A stretch of DNA of 64,000 nt from Williopsis jadinii (taxonomy: Eukaryota): positions 3,162,001-3,226,000 of the forward strand of contig AP024664.1 of the NCBI GenBank assembly GCA_024346625.1. Direction: 5' to 3'. Every line of letters starts with the position of its first letter. Position 1 is the stretch's first letter. This document shows positions 55,701 to 64,000 of this stretch, piece by piece. Position numbers and translations under genes: made by a program. Under the pieces are notes generated by a model. It had not been told where the DNA came from. It saw nothing but the letters and a program-made list of their open reading frames with translations, and ran no database searches.

Positions 55701-56194
55701 ACTGCTTTACTTTGATTACTCTGTGTGCATCAAACATTCTACTTTTCCATAGACATAGACTCACAAATCGTCATCACATTGTCATTTCATTGTTCAACTC
55801 CTTGCTAAAGTCTTTGACCAGAAGATCTTCACCAAGTGTGCTCCAATCATCAGTCACAGCAGCTGAAAGTTATCAAAGACTCTTGTCAAACTTGTGTGAA
55901 CCAACACAGTCAAAATCCTCTTCCGATGATTCATTGACCTCTACTTTGGACATTAAAAAATCTGTTAGAAAACACATCTACATCTTGTTGATGACGTATA
56001 TCAACCTATCATTGAAATTCACCTTCGAGGCCAGTGTTAGAGAAGCTCTTCTCCCTGGTATTTTTGGAATTTTTGATCTTGTTTCTAATGATGAACTGTT
56101 GTTGGTAAGTACATCTCTGGATTACTCGGGCAGATCGTACTACAAGACTCTGTATGAGGAATATAAAAAGGTGGGTAAATGGCAAGCTGACTAA
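52797..56194 (+). CDS. URB2: Nucleolar pre-60S factor Urb2/Npa2, 2 exons (52797-52805, 52868-56194)
   Basis: ATG TCG CTT, then intron GTATGT...TACTAAT...TAG; C-terminal Urb2 domain (LLFHRHRL, RLLSNLCEP, YYKTLYEEYKKVGKW). Confidence 0.88.
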
Positions 56195-56260
56195 TACCTT
56201 GGTTTTACATATATTTATGTACAAAATGTCAACAAAGCGATGTGTCCTTTTTATCTATGG

Positions 56261-58657
56261 TCAAATTCTACTATATCTCCTTTTAAACAATCTGTTCCGT
56301 ACCATGTAGACTTTGTCCATTAGTGAATTCTCAATCCTTGAAATGAATTCCCAAGCTTGTTCCTGGTATTTGAACGTCTGTTCTCTTATCCGAATAGACT
56401 CGTCATGATCAATGTGGTGTAATACATATTCGTATTTCAACACATCCTTTCTTGTTATCAAGCCTTGTAATAGTCCATCAGACTCCACAAGTAAGCATCC
56501 CGGTCCCAACTTGTGGAAGATATCCAAGACATGCTCTGTTGGGACGTAAACGTTAACTGTCAATGGTGCTGTATTAACAGCATCTGTGAAGTTGAGTATG
56601 TCGTCTTCACTTAAGCTGTCATTGTCAAAGATACATGGAGTGTCTGTGAGTGGATCGCCAGCAAACCTTTCAATGACGTTTATGAGATCTTCCCTTCTGA
56701 TATATCCTTTTATCAATGGCTTCGATGCACTTTGAATGATTGGAAAATGTTGGAAGTCTGTTTCTTGTAGGATGGTCATCAGCTGCCCATAAGTCACACC
56801 TTGTAGTGGCAACGACACAACCTTTATTGTCATGGCATCACTAACAGGATGGCCAAAAAAGTTATGCTCCTCATGAGGGTCGATGAAGGGCAAGCCGTTA
56901 AACACAATCATTTGATCTGCAATGCCACCTTTACCCCATTTATCATTTATAATCTTCGTAGTAGCAACAGTGATCATTGTAGGAATGATGTACTTAAGAG
57001 CACCGGTCAGCTCAAACATGATAACCACAACACACACCGTTAAGTGGGTTATTCCACTAAGACAGGCACCTGCACCTAAGAAGGCATATACACCAGGTGT
57101 GATACATTGCTTGTTATCCACCAAGCATCCCGAAGTAAAATAACTAGACTCTGGGTTATTCTGTCTCCATAATTGGAATATTATACCCAATGCTCTACCA
57201 AACGTCGCACCAGTAGCCATTGAAGGCACAAAGATTCCTGCAGGGACTTTACAGCCATAGGTGAACACTGTGAAGATCATTCTCAGTACAGTGGCCCAGA
57301 GGAGACTGAAAATGGCCTTTGCAGCTTCCGGTTTGGATTCTAAGTTGCAAATGTTATGGTGAGGATGTTCGTCGCATTCTTGAAACAGAAATTGCATCGA
57401 TTCTGTCATATCCATTCTTAGGAAATCATTGAAATAACTGATTGATGCGGTTATAATGGCCAGAACTGCAACCTCTTTCAGATACCTTTGCCCCAAATAC
57501 TTCTTTCTAAAGCTCACGGCCTTAATGTTGAACTTTGCAACAACAATACCGTAGATCCCTCCAAATATCCCCAGGATGATGTAGATTGGTATTTCAAAGA
57601 AGTGCCAATCCTGATCAAATATGACTTCAAACAACACAACCTGTCCTGTACGGAATGGATCAAAGAATTGCAACGTTGCCACTGCAATCAGAGAGCAGTA
57701 ATAACTCTCCCACATTGTTGAAAGCTTGAACATGTTTGAGATCTCTTCAACGCTGAACAGCACACCGCCCATTGGTGATCCAAAGGCCACGGCCACACCA
57801 GCACCACTGGCTGCAACCAAGATGTTTCTAAACCAGACGTTCTTCTGGTGTGTCTTCAAAACTTTCCTTGCAAACAGTTTTGATATGACGCTTCCTATGC
57901 AAACCGCATAGTGAACACTTGGGCCCTCTTTACCAACGCTTAAACCTGAAGCTATCGCCAAAGGCAATCCGATACTCTTCAACGAGTATGTCGCAAAGCT
58001 GAGAAACTTCTTCAGCGTGAACCCTGACGCTATACATTTGATCTCAGAGATTCCAGACCCTGCGGCCAGAGGAGCGTAGTGCATTACCAGTTTACTCGAT
58101 GTCAGCGCCAATACTAGCGAGATTGTTATGAACATGGCATAGTTTAGCACCCCAAACCTCGAATACTCAACCCATGTTGTAGCCTGGTGTTCGTCTAGCT
58201 CGCCCCAAGTACAAAAATTCCTGTTGAGGTAAAGAGCCGTCGTACAGTAGCCGGTTCTAATGTTGGACAAGTACTCAGTCATGACGTTGAGCACCGCGGC
58301 AGTGGTGCCGATACATATACCAACTATCGTCAATATCACATACGTCTGTATAGACTCGTAGATTGACCATATCCTCGACGAGTCTGGAACGGAAGATGTC
58401 ACTGTTGATGATGGTGATGTTTTGGACCTTCTCTTGTGGTATAGCAGATTGTCGTGTAGCCAATCAGTCGTCTGGAAATCTTCAAATCGGCCCAGCGCAG
58501 CAACATGAGAGTCCCACTGTGTCCTATTGGCTAACAGATCGATGTCCTTGACAACCATCCTGTTTGAGCGTCCCGTGTTCTTCCAGTTTAGTCCCTTGTT
58601 GCGTGGATGATGAGTGTGTGAAATTTCACCTACTTCTCGAAAAGGGGAAAATGGCAT
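56261..58657 (-). CDS. GEF1: CLC chloride channel/antiporter
   Basis: GSGISEIK, GKEGPSVH and PAGIFVPS CLC motifs; C-terminal CBS domains. Confidence 0.95.
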   Translation of the reverse strand: MPFSPFREVGEISHTHHPRNKGLNWKNTGRSNRMVVKDIDLLANRTQWDSHVAALGRFEDFQTTDWLHDNLLYHKRRSKTSPSSTVTSSVPDSSRIWSIYESIQTYVILTIVGICIGTTAAVLNVMTEYLSNIRTGYCTTALYLNRNFCTWGELDEHQATTWVEYSRFGVLNYAMFITISLVLALTSSKLVMHYAPLAAGSGISEIKCIASGFTLKKFLSFATYSLKSIGLPLAIASGLSVGKEGPSVHYAVCIGSVISKLFARKVLKTHQKNVWFRNILVAASGAGVAVAFGSPMGGVLFSVEEISNMFKLSTMWESYYCSLIAVATLQFFDPFRTGQVVLFEVIFDQDWHFFEIPIYIILGIFGGIYGIVVAKFNIKAVSFRKKYLGQRYLKEVAVLAIITASISYFNDFLRMDMTESMQFLFQECDEHPHHNICNLESKPEAAKAIFSLLWATVLRMIFTVFTYGCKVPAGIFVPSMATGATFGRALGIIFQLWRQNNPESSYFTSGCLVDNKQCITPGVYAFLGAGACLSGITHLTVCVVVIMFELTGALKYIIPTMITVATTKIINDKWGKGGIADQMIVFNGLPFIDPHEEHNFFGHPVSDAMTIKVVSLPLQGVTYGQLMTILQETDFQHFPIIQSASKPLIKGYIRREDLINVIERFAGDPLTDTPCIFDNDSLSEDDILNFTDAVNTAPLTVNVYVPTEHVLDIFHKLGPGCLLVESDGLLQGLITRKDVLKYEYVLHHIDHDESIRIREQTFKYQEQAWEFISRIENSLMDKVYMVRNRLFKRRYSRI

Positions 58658-58756
58658 CGGCTCTATACACTTTTATTACTACAGAATTCAAAGGCAAGGT
58701 GCGATACAGTACATTCAGCTTTATATTAGTTTCAACAGGAGCAGTGCCGTTGTCCT

Positions 58757-59057
58757 TCAAGAGCACTGTCTAAGGATAAAGTTCTTCAATTGGCCAAGCA
58801 CAAAGTTGCCAGCCTTCTTGGTGTTCTCGTTGTTGGTGAACTTCTCAAAGCTCGAGGGATCACGGTTCTTTGCAGGATTAATGGCTTTCTGATTGGACGC
58901 TTAGTTAGCAGCTCGCCTCTGTCTTCTGTATATATACAAGGGGTATACTCACACATTGACCGTCGTAATCATAGGTCTTCACTTTGATGTCGTTATAACC
59001 GTGCTGCTCCGCAAAGGGACCCGGGTTCTGAGGTTGTTCAGGTATATCGAATGCCAT
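58757..59057 (-). CDS. Unrecognised 78-aa microprotein, 2 exons (59057-58953, 58888-58757)
   Basis: TATAAA about 40 bp upstream; A at -3 of the ATG; 64-nt phase-0 intron GTGAGT...GCTAAC...CAG joins two open frames with yeast-preferred codons. Confidence 0.7.
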
Positions 59058-59637
59058 CGTGGTGTGTGTGTGTTTTGCTCTGTCCGCGTAGGTTTATACT
59101 GAGAAACAAGCTTTTCTCTTGGATGTTGTATTGGCAAAGGATAAGAGGTTGTGTGAAGCCAATGGGGAGATTTAAAGCGTTGTCTCTGGCCACTTCATCC
59201 TCCTCTCAACGGTTTTGAAGCTTGCTACTTGCTACGGGACTTATCAAATTTGGAGTTCATGTGTGGTAGTTGCCATGTGTCGTCATAGCTGTACCGTTGC
59301 TACAGTGATTGCCCTCTATATGCGGCCCGTACCATCTTGGATTATATAATCAATTTCATTGGTAGGGGCAGCATTTGGTGTATGGGTGTTGTGTCTCTTT
59401 TCTCTTGGTTGTTTTTCAACGTTTCCCGCTTTTAGTTTCTCGAAACGGTGTTTCTGTGGTTACCCAGTGGATCTGTTCCTGGGAAATGTTCGGCGAGTGC
59501 ATGATGAACATGGAACACAGCCAACTTGAAACTACTTTTCAATTCGTGTGATAAAAATACTTCACTGTTTTATTGTGTTGCAGTCTGTCTCTTTGTTACA
59601 CACTTTGTTACTATCAACAACAAGTTTTCTATCTTGA

Positions 59638-60048
59638 ATGAGCCAATATGTAAGTTTGTCTTTGTATCCACATCGTTTACCCTGCTACATGCACAGCAGC
59701 TTGCGGTACACATATTATTTTTCCAGCTGTTATTAATTTTAGCGGTTGTTGTTGATGGTGATGACGATGACGATGATACTAACACGTACGTAGTATAACC
59801 AACAAGGCCCTCAACAGGGCTACTATCAACAAGGTCCTCCACAACAACAAGGTTATTACCAACAGGGACCACCACAACAGGGCTATTACCAGCAGCAACA
59901 ACAACCTGTGTATATCCAACAGGCACCTCCTCAAAAGGAGAGTTCATGCTGTGGTACATGTTGGAAAATGCTCTGTTGTCTCTGTATATTCGAACTCTGC
60001 TGTGGTGACTGCTGTGGTCCTGATGGTCCTCCAGGTCCTCCAATGTGA
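59638..60048 (+). CDS. CYSTM (cysteine-rich TM module) protein, 88 aa, 2 exons (59638-59649, 59794-60048)
   Basis: ATGAGCCAATAT, then intron GTAAGT...TACTAAC...TAG; product MSQYYNQQGPQQGYYQQGPP...PVYIQQAPPQKESSCCGTCWKMLCCLCIFELCCGDCC is typical of the YDL012C/YBR016W/YDR210W family. Confidence 0.9.
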
Positions 60049-60229
60049 TGAGAGTACTACAACGCTTTGTGCTATATAATGACGGTTCTTAATCACTCTT
60101 TTTTTCCCCAAATATACACTCCGTCTAATGTAACTTTGGTGTGTAGATAGCTTACAAGGAAGTCGAGAAGAAATGTTTTTATGACGAGTGATGGTTTATA
60201 GATATGTGAGTTTGCGTATATCATCCTGG

Positions 60230-60933
60230 TTAAACGGTCTCCTCTTCGAAGGCGGTTTCAACTGGCTTCTCCAAGAAGGAAGCGTGGGTTAGGACAGTGA
60301 CGCTTGAAGCACCAATTAACCAGAGAATGGTGGAGATTGGAGAGGCCAAGAACCCTAACGGAACAGATACAACGAGCAACCCGGTATAAAGTTGGGAGTT
60401 TGTCAATCTCAAAGGACCGATTTCCAAATCAGCGCCGCCTAACTTTCCGATACCATAAACACCTGCAATGACAAAGACAATGACAAATAGCAAGAGTAAA
60501 TTAGTCAAAAGAGAGTACACGGAGAGCATGGAGACAATCAACAGGTAGTTCGTTGAGAAGTATCCCAGGTTATACGTGACTCTGGACTGTAAGTCCCCAA
60601 AGTTTTGTGGCTTAGAGATACGTTTCACGTCAAAGAACTCTTGTGGTGGACGAACATTGGCAAATCTGTTCTGAAGAGACCCGGCTTCGGACTTGATGGC
60701 GTGTTAGTTTCTGTTCCACTCTGGGAATGAATCACAACGTGTCAACTTCACTTACTCTTAGTCTATCGAGACTGAATCTCTCAGAGAATTGGGAGAACTA
60801 CACAACGCGTTAGTACTAGTCCTTAGAACCCATGTATACGCTCCAGTCTCCGCCGACAAAAATGCCACCACAGGGAGAACAAAGAACGAGCAAAAACACA
60901 TACGCTTGCTGTGGATAACTGGGAAAAACTCAT
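60230..60933 (-). CDS. YIP3: PRA1-family Rab acceptor Yip3, 177 aa, 3 exons (60933-60904, 60797-60756, 60691-60230)
   Basis: Introns of 106 and 64 nt, both phase 0; RPPQEFFDVKRISKPQNF and RVTYNLGYFSTNY; adjacent to LAP2 as in S. cerevisiae. Confidence 0.92.
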
Positions 60934-61271
60934 CCTGATAACAAAATATAGAACACTGTGGACAGTTTGTTGTGCTTCTTCTGACCGGCGCTCCAGCTTT
61001 GTGTTCAACAGAAATCCCGAGTGGAAAAAATGAAGTTTATGTACACGCGGTCAAAAAGCTCACTTTTATTTTTGGCTTTTACGCTTTCTGTGTGGGTTGC
61101 CGAGCAACACCGCCCTTTTTTCGTTGTTGGTGAGGATCGCTTGTTTGTGATCCCTTTCAGGCACGCGCCAGCTCCTTTGTTTACATCTTGCTCTACTGTT
61201 GATAACGGGCAAATGGCCAGAACTTGTGTAGTGATACTTGGTTAGCTATATATGGCTGTTTGTTCCCTTGG

Positions 61272-63236
61272 TTACAATCCCAAGTCCTTCTGAATCATGT
61301 TGGCTGCGATTGGATGGTATCTTTCTCTGTACTTTTCGAACGTCTTGATTGCCAGTTCATGGTCCACGGTGTTGAGCAGCTTATAGCTTGGTCTGACGTA
61401 TTTCATACGGCCGACGGTTCCCAGCCAGTCCGCTAAAGGCTGGTAGTATTGAGTCTTAGCACTTAGCAGCTTCAGCTTGTACCAGCGGAAGATGATCTCT
61501 GTGTTTCTGGACTCGTTGAGGTCTTTGTAGATGGAGATGAGTGCATCGGATGCGACTGAATGCTCCTTCCAGAAGGCTGGTTTCGGTCTCTTCTCCAATA
61601 GCTCGTCGATGAAGAAGATCTTCTGCGGTGACGATAGCCCTTGGTAAACCTTGGATAGCTCACCAGCTTGGAAATATTCGGCGAACTCATCCACTGTGGT
61701 GAACGCTGTGGCCTTGGAGATCCATGCGTTAACGAGCTCTTCAACTTGATCGACTAAAGTCGTATCAAATGGTGCCCTTGGTGGCAACCCTGGTGTGTAC
61801 AACCATAATTCCCAGTCGATGTTATCCAAGATGGCGATCTTTGAAGGGTCCTTCCCATAGAATTTGTAAAGAGAATCGACAAATTGATAAGTATCGATAC
61901 TCTGCTTGGAAAACTCTGTGAAGTAAAACTTGATAAATGGATCAAATTCTTCAACACCACCGAGCTGGGTCTCCAGATGGTAGATGAAATTCGAACCCTT
62001 CTCGTATGGGACAGAGCTGAAAACGTCATCTGGGTCGATTTCACCCTTGCGTAAATCCTGAACGAGTTTGGAATACTCAAACTTTGGCAAAGAATTCACG
62101 GATTCGATCAAGTCGTTCCAGCCCATGATGAAGTGGAACTGTCTCATCGTTTCACCATGGATCTCACCAACGATACGTCTCTCGAGGTAAACAGTCCACC
62201 CTTCATTCAACCAAAAATGTTGCCAATTAGCATTGGTAACGTTGTTACCTGACCATGAATGCGCCAATTCATGGGCAATAACATCAACCTGGGATTTATC
62301 GTAGGAGATAAGGGTAGGAGTGACGAAGGTAATGTTTGGATTCTCCATACCACCATATGGGAACGAAGCAGGGTTGATCAATATGTCATAAGTGGTCCAG
62401 ATGTATGGAGTGACAATCTTTTCCGCAGTTTCGATGAATTTCTCCAAGTCCTCTTTGAATTCGTTCTTCGAATCTTCAAGACGATCAGGCTCCGCATAGA
62501 TGGTAGAACGTGGACCTCCCTTCGTGTGAGCAATGTTACCAGATGCGATTGCAAATAGGTATGAAGGAATAGGGATTTTCTGTTCAAATCTATACACACC
62601 AGTCTGGTCTGAATGCAGTGGTAGGCCAGAGAACACAACAGGCTTTGTCGATCTGATGGTTGCATTCACTGTTGACTTAACAGATGGAGTGTCAAAACAT
62701 GGGAACAGCGCACGGGCATGGATAGGTTCTAACTGTGTAAAGACGTAGTCTGATGCCGCCTTAGTGGCTGGGTCGGTCTTCAACCATTGAATCGCAGTCG
62801 ACTCTTGTGTTGTCTCAAAGTCCAAGGACACTGTGACTTTAGAATCGACGGGGATGTTTGTATCGAAAGTGATTGGGGTGCCCCAAGGTTCTTCCCTCTT
62901 AGCAACAGAGAAAGTTGCTGCAACCTTGTTAACCTTCACACTGTTAACCTTGATGTAGGACATGTCCAGAGTCAATTGCGACAGTTCCTTCACACTTGTC
63001 AGGTCATAAGTCACATTCCCAACGATCTTCTTCTCGTTGAAGAGGATCTCCACGTCCAGCACAGTGTTGTTGACGTGAACATCCTTATAATTGGACTTTG
63101 TAGTGTAGTCGAATTCTGCACCAGGCGTCTTTGGTCTGTGTCTTTCCACAATTGCTGGGGCCATTTGTCTAGTCGAGCAGTGTATATGTCTTGATTGGCT
63201 TCTACACAGGTATAGCACTCTGTTGAATAGCTGCAT
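61272..63236 (-). CDS. LAP2: Leukotriene A4 hydrolase-like M1 leucine aminopeptidase
   Basis: GGMEN, HELAHSW...WLNEG, VPYEKG and GRMKYVRP motifs; second ATG at 63164. Confidence 0.96.
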   Translation of the reverse strand: MQLFNRVLYLCRSQSRHIHCSTRQMAPAIVERHRPKTPGAEFDYTTKSNYKDVHVNNTVLDVEILFNEKKIVGNVTYDLTSVKELSQLTLDMSYIKVNSVKVNKVAATFSVAKREEPWGTPITFDTNIPVDSKVTVSLDFETTQESTAIQWLKTDPATKAASDYVFTQLEPIHARALFPCFDTPSVKSTVNATIRSTKPVVFSGLPLHSDQTGVYRFEQKIPIPSYLFAIASGNIAHTKGGPRSTIYAEPDRLEDSKNEFKEDLEKFIETAEKIVTPYIWTTYDILINPASFPYGGMENPNITFVTPTLISYDKSQVDVIAHELAHSWSGNNVTNANWQHFWLNEGWTVYLERRIVGEIHGETMRQFHFIMGWNDLIESVNSLPKFEYSKLVQDLRKGEIDPDDVFSSVPYEKGSNFIYHLETQLGGVEEFDPFIKFYFTEFSKQSIDTYQFVDSLYKFYGKDPSKIAILDNIDWELWLYTPGLPPRAPFDTTLVDQVEELVNAWISKATAFTTVDEFAEYFQAGELSKVYQGLSSPQKIFFIDELLEKRPKPAFWKEHSVASDALISIYKDLNESRNTEIIFRWYKLKLLSAKTQYYQPLADWLGTVGRMKYVRPSYKLLNTVDHELAIKTFEKYRERYHPIAANMIQKDLGL

Positions 63237-63692
63237 TCACTGCCTGGCCACGATCAAAAGTGTGTGTCCTATGGACAAAACCGGTTCATGAAAATGTGCC
63301 ATTTTGTGCCTCCTAGAAAGTCGAGGAGGCCCCGAAAAGGTGGATTTCTTTAGGCGAGCATGAACGCTCTCCTTGTGTGTGCCCGGGCAAAGTGGTACGG
63401 ACACACGCCTTCCAACTGCGTGAACGACGCGTAGTGAGTGGATGGTCTACACTGGGCTCATGATGATGAGAACGTCTGGTCCCTTCCGTGGTAAATGGTG
63501 GACAATACGAGCGAGCCAAGGAGCCTGTGAAATGTTCGTTGTATGCTTCGTAAAGTTTTCCTTGTGGGAAAGGCTTGAATTTATAGGCTTGAATTGCCCA
63601 AATCGGACACTTTTCCTGCCACAAAATCAGTTTTGCTGTCATTTTGCTGTGCCTTTTCGTGCCCTGACAACGGTTTCACATTTGGCTCGAAG

Positions 63693-63742
63693 GTCTACAA
63701 ACGTCTACAAACGTCTACAAACGCCTGCAAAAGTCTACAAAA
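63693..63742. repeat. 10-bp tandem repeat GTCTACAAAC x5 (3 perfect, 2 degenerate)
   Basis: Directly visible in the sequence. Confidence 0.85.
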
Positions 63743-64000
63743 GAACACCTTTTTGGGCGGCAGTTGTAACACTCTTTGCTATGTAGAACTCCCAGTGGAC
63801 ATCACAATCGGGGGTAATATGCCGAAAGCGGTAATAGGTTATGAGCCCGTGCTAGGCCTCTGCTTCCTCTATCACCAGTTTCAAGCTTAACTCTCTTATT
63901 CGGTCCTGTTGCTGTGGTTGTAGTTCTTTTTGCAGGCCCTCCGGTACAAAGGTGCGAATGCTGGGCCATCGAGAAATGCCTAACTCCACCACCTCTCACC

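Noticed and set aside
59570..60043. 157-aa minus-strand ORF
   Set aside because: Antisense to the repetitive CYSTM gene.

Overview
Gene-dense eukaryotic (Saccharomycotina yeast) chromosomal window with about 30 protein-coding genes and one tRNA-Asp(GTC). It uses the standard code: CTG sits at conserved Leu positions, e.g. GKSTLL in Zng1. Short spliceosomal introns, a complex I accessory subunit and S. cerevisiae-like microsynteny (APL3-YBL036C-POL12; IMG2-ALG12-ZNG1-CPR-RSA4-SSK2; GUT1-RPL8; NUP85-URB2-GEF1; YIP3-LAP2) suggest a non-WGD respiratory yeast, probably Phaffomycetaceae such as Cyberlindnera (inference). Several genes are missing or mis-bounded in the ORF track because they are tiny or spliced: COX9, a 4-exon complex I NUUM-like gene, QCR6, a DUF2011 gene, URB2, YIP3, a CYSTM gene and an unrecognised 78-aa spliced microprotein. 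The most notable observations are (1) a divergent intracellular GH3 beta-glucosidase plus anion:cation-symporter (Dal5-family) permease cassette lying between GUT1 and RPL8, (2) a COX9-COX8-NUUM respiratory micro-cluster, (3) the orphan microprotein divergent from a prion-like CYSTM gene, (4) a 3-kb gene-free interval with decayed ORFs, (5) convergent genes whose stop codons overlap, and (6) several short tandem repeats. No CRISPR, rRNA or intact transposon was seen. All homology calls are from recalled motifs; no database was searched.
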